Of a stretch of DNA of 64,000 nucleotides, positions 55,346-64,000 are shown piece by piece. A program made the translations under genes and the position numbers. The number at the start of each line of letters is the position of its first letter. The stretch's first letter is position 1. Under the pieces are notes generated by a model that saw nothing but the letters and a program-made list of their open reading frames with translations, did not search any database and was not told the DNA's origin. Source of the stretch: the human T2T-CHM13v2.0 reference genome, Homo sapiens; assembly GCF_009914755.1 (NCBI RefSeq), contig NC_060927.1, one strand, 5' to 3'.

Positions 55346-56963
55346 AGGAATACATTTTAAATAAATTTGTTTCCTAACCAAAAGCTAGCTTCAGGCGTCA
55401 CTGGGGTAAAGGAAAAAGCACATTGATTTGCTTGATAATAGGCAAGTGGTATGGTGTAATAAGGAAAATATGGATGATTTGGGATTACCTGTTCTACTCT
55501 GGGAGGTAGAGAATTGTCTAGAGAAAGTGGCATCTATACCTAAAATAAGAAGAAGGTGGTGTAAGGGGAAGAATGACACGAGATAGGAAATAAACGAACT
55601 GATAGTGTAGAGGACTGGCTCGGGACCACATCAAGGAAGTAGGTTAGTGGTTAGATCGTGTAGGGGAACACGGGAAGCTACTGAGGGTTTTTTAAAATGG
55701 CGTGATATCTCAGATTTAGATCATTGAACTGTTAAGACTGAATCTTATGGGATCAAGACTGGGAATGCTCGGGTTGGCAGTATGAAGTTTGGCAGTAATC
55801 CAAGGAAGTGACAGTGGTAATGCCATTTAGGTGGTCTTGATCATGCATTGGACTGCAGAAATAAGGGAGAAAACAATGTGTCAGGGTTTCTGGTTTGTAC
55901 CTCTGGTTCATTGGTTGTGAGGGAACATGAGGCAGGGTAAAGTTTATCTAGGTAAAATGAGTTAGTTTTCATGTAGACTATCTGGGTGTATATGCAAAGA
56001 CTGCAGACAATCTATACTAAAATCCTGGCTCTGCCTCTTGAAAGCTATGTAGTTTAGGCACATAGTCAAAATCCAGTTTCCTCATCTATGTGGTACGCTT
56101 CAGAGTAGTTAATCATGATATGTAGTCCAGTGACTGGTTCCCTTGGTAAGAGCTGTGATAATGACACAAGGAGGAGAGGTTTCAGGACAGACTTGGGATT
56201 CATGAATATGTAAGTGGTCACTGATTCCCCAGGGGTAGGATGACAACAATCAAGAGACGAATAGAGGTTGGAAAGGAGTCATGAGGGGTGGGAAACTAGC
56301 AGGGGCACATGGAAGCTAGGGAAAGAATTTTGCTTGAGATCGTCAAAGTGAGGGGAAGAGGGTAGTAAGCAAAGGAGAAATGTTATATGGGGTTCGGAGG
56401 TTTTGTGTTTGTAAATCTGGAGTGATGGGCATGTTCAAATGCTTCTGGGAAAGGAGCTAATAGGAGAGAAACTTAGCCCTTCGAAAAACAGGAAGGGATG
56501 GATCCTAGGGGAGAGGAGGAAGGATTGGCTTTAGAGGAAAGATGTCCTTTACGTGAGGAAAAGGAAGAAAAGGTGGGTTTAGATACTAAATCTGTAGGTT
56601 TGCTGTTAGGAAATTAAGGACTTTTCACCTTTATCTCTGAAATTTCTCTGGAGTTAGCAAGGCAAGGTCATACACTGAGAAGGAGGGATGAGGCAGTGTA
56701 GATTTGCAGACATACAGGTTGTAATTCCTTATGGAGGAAAGGGGAGAGCACTTTTGTCAGACTGCCTGTGGCTTTGAGAGCCCTTTGGCTACAGTCCATG
56801 AGGTGCTCAGAGGATGAGAAAGCTTCAGGGTAGAAGCAGTATTCAAGCTGCACCTAGAAAACAGTGCAATACAGAACAGTGGAAATTGGAAATTCCAATC
56901 TTGGAATCTCTAGGAAAGTAACTGAGGCATACGATGCCTGAAAAGGAGTAGAAAATAAAATTA

Positions 56964-57622
<659 letters not shown>

Positions 57623-58298
57623 TGGCTGATTTCAGAGTCATATTCAGGTTTAAATTCTGTCATTCAGCCCAAACTCATTACTTTATGTTACTTATGGGAA
57701 CCTCATCTAAAAAGCAAGGATCCTGATACCTGCCTCATATTGTGGCAAGGATCAAATGAGTCAAATAAGATGCTTGTGAAAGTGAGGACAGGATCTATCC
57801 TCAACACCTAGTGCAATTCTTTTTACACATTAGGTACTTAGTAATTTGGGTTGAATTGTGTTGAACTAACCTGGCGGTATAGGCAAAATTTGGAAGTTTG
57901 GTTTTCAGAAAGTCTTGACTTCCTCTTATCTCTAAGTAATTGGCATGTCCTCTAATTCATATTTTCCCCCCTCATCTGTTGGGTGAAATACTGTTTATCC
58001 TTTAGTACTAAAATTAAAAGTTACCTCATTCTTCTAGCTAGCTGATTTTTTTTTTTAATCTAGGCTAAATCATGAATACATTTACATTTAAATAAAATAT
58101 TACAGTTGAAAGTAAAGGGTCCTTTCATTATCTCCACTTCCAATTCCAGTACCCTGTGTAAAGGAAAACATATACATCTTGCAGACATTTTTTAATGTGT
58201 TTGTAATATAGGTACATAAAAATATATGTGCTTGTTTTAAGCAAATTTCATACTCTGCAACTTGCCTTTTTTCTTAATACGTTCTGGAGATCTTATCT

Positions 58299-58771
58299 AG
58301 TCAGCCTCTAAATTAGAGTTCTTCAGAAAACCAATGGGATGGATGAATGGACTCAAGAGATTGTGGAAACCAAGAAGTCCCACAAAATACCATCTGCAAG
58401 CTGGAGAACCAGGAAAGCTGATTGGGATAATTCAAACTGGGTCCAGAGGCCTGAGAACTGGAAGGGCCAGTGGTGTAAGTCCTGGTCTGAGACCAAAGGC
58501 TTGATCAAGAATCAAGAGCATCAACAACCGAGGGCAGGAGAGGATGGGTTTCCCAGATTAAAAAAGCAAATTCACGCTTCCTCCCCCATTTTGTTCTATT
58601 TGAACCTTCCGTGGATAGGATGATGCCCACCTGCATTGGTGAAGGTCATCTTTACTCAGTCTACCCATTCAAATGCCAATCTCTTCCAGAGGTAATCTCA
58701 CAGATTTAGAAATGTTTCGCCAGCTAGCTGAACAATCCTTAGCCCAGTCGAGTGCACACATAACCATAACA
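58299..58771 (-). mobile_element. MLT2-family LTR
   Basis: aagtcccacaaaataccatctgcaagctggagaaccaggaaagc...ggatgatgcccacctgcattggtgaagg...cccagtcgagtgcacac. Confidence 0.8.
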
Positions 58772-58912
58772 ATTCTTACTAATCTACCTCATTCTTTTTT
58801 ATCTTCTGCATAATAATCCACAACATGAATGTTCACGTTTGACCTCTATTGATAGACATTTCGGATGATGCCAATTTCTTTTTCTGGTTTTTGTTTTTTG
58901 TGTGTGTGTGTG

Positions 58913-63820
<4,908 letters not shown>

Positions 63821-64000
63821 TACAGCCATTCTAAGAGGATTATGGTGATTATCACATTTGCATTTCTCTGATGATGAGTGATGTTGAGCATTTTTTCATC
63901 TTTCTGTTGGTCATTCGTATGTCTTCTTTGGAGAAATGTCTATTCAGGTACTTTGCCCATTTTTTAATCTAGTTATTTGTATTCTTGCTATAGAGTTGAG

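Overview
Human (hominid) genomic DNA, recognisable as the ENTPD3 - ENTPD3-AS1 - RPL14 locus (3p22.1). The + strand carries the last seven coding exons of ENTPD3 (NTPDase3; about residues 96-529, 2881-18576) and its 3' UTR to ~19690. A ~24-kb repeat-rich spacer follows (Alu, L1, L2, MaLR/ERV LTRs, DNA transposons). A CpG-rich promoter at ~43900-44560 fits the minus-strand lncRNA ENTPD3-AS1. The complete six-exon RPL14 gene lies at 48404-53455 and here encodes 217 aa with a (GCT)12 polyalanine allele. The 3' flank is Alu-dense. All exon boundaries were checked by hand for GT-AG and frame. Almost all other ORFs in the track are Alu-, L1- or GC-content artefacts. I see no new multi-gene system. 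The most unusual observations are local: (1) a young antisense L1 inserted inside an ENTPD3 3' splice region, whose target-site duplication (TSD) copied the branch point and so assembles a candidate in-frame, stop-free 63-nt cassette exon; (2) a perfect 24-bp inverted templated insertion inside an Alu, copied from an MLT2 LTR ~450 bp away; (3) a second ATG|GTGAG start-codon/donor unit in RPL14 intron 1; (4) an AluY inserted at the expected cleavage site of RPL14's second poly(A) signal; (5) a Kozak-context small ORF at the putative ENTPD3-AS1 5' end. Repeat subfamily names and repeat edges are by eye and approximate.
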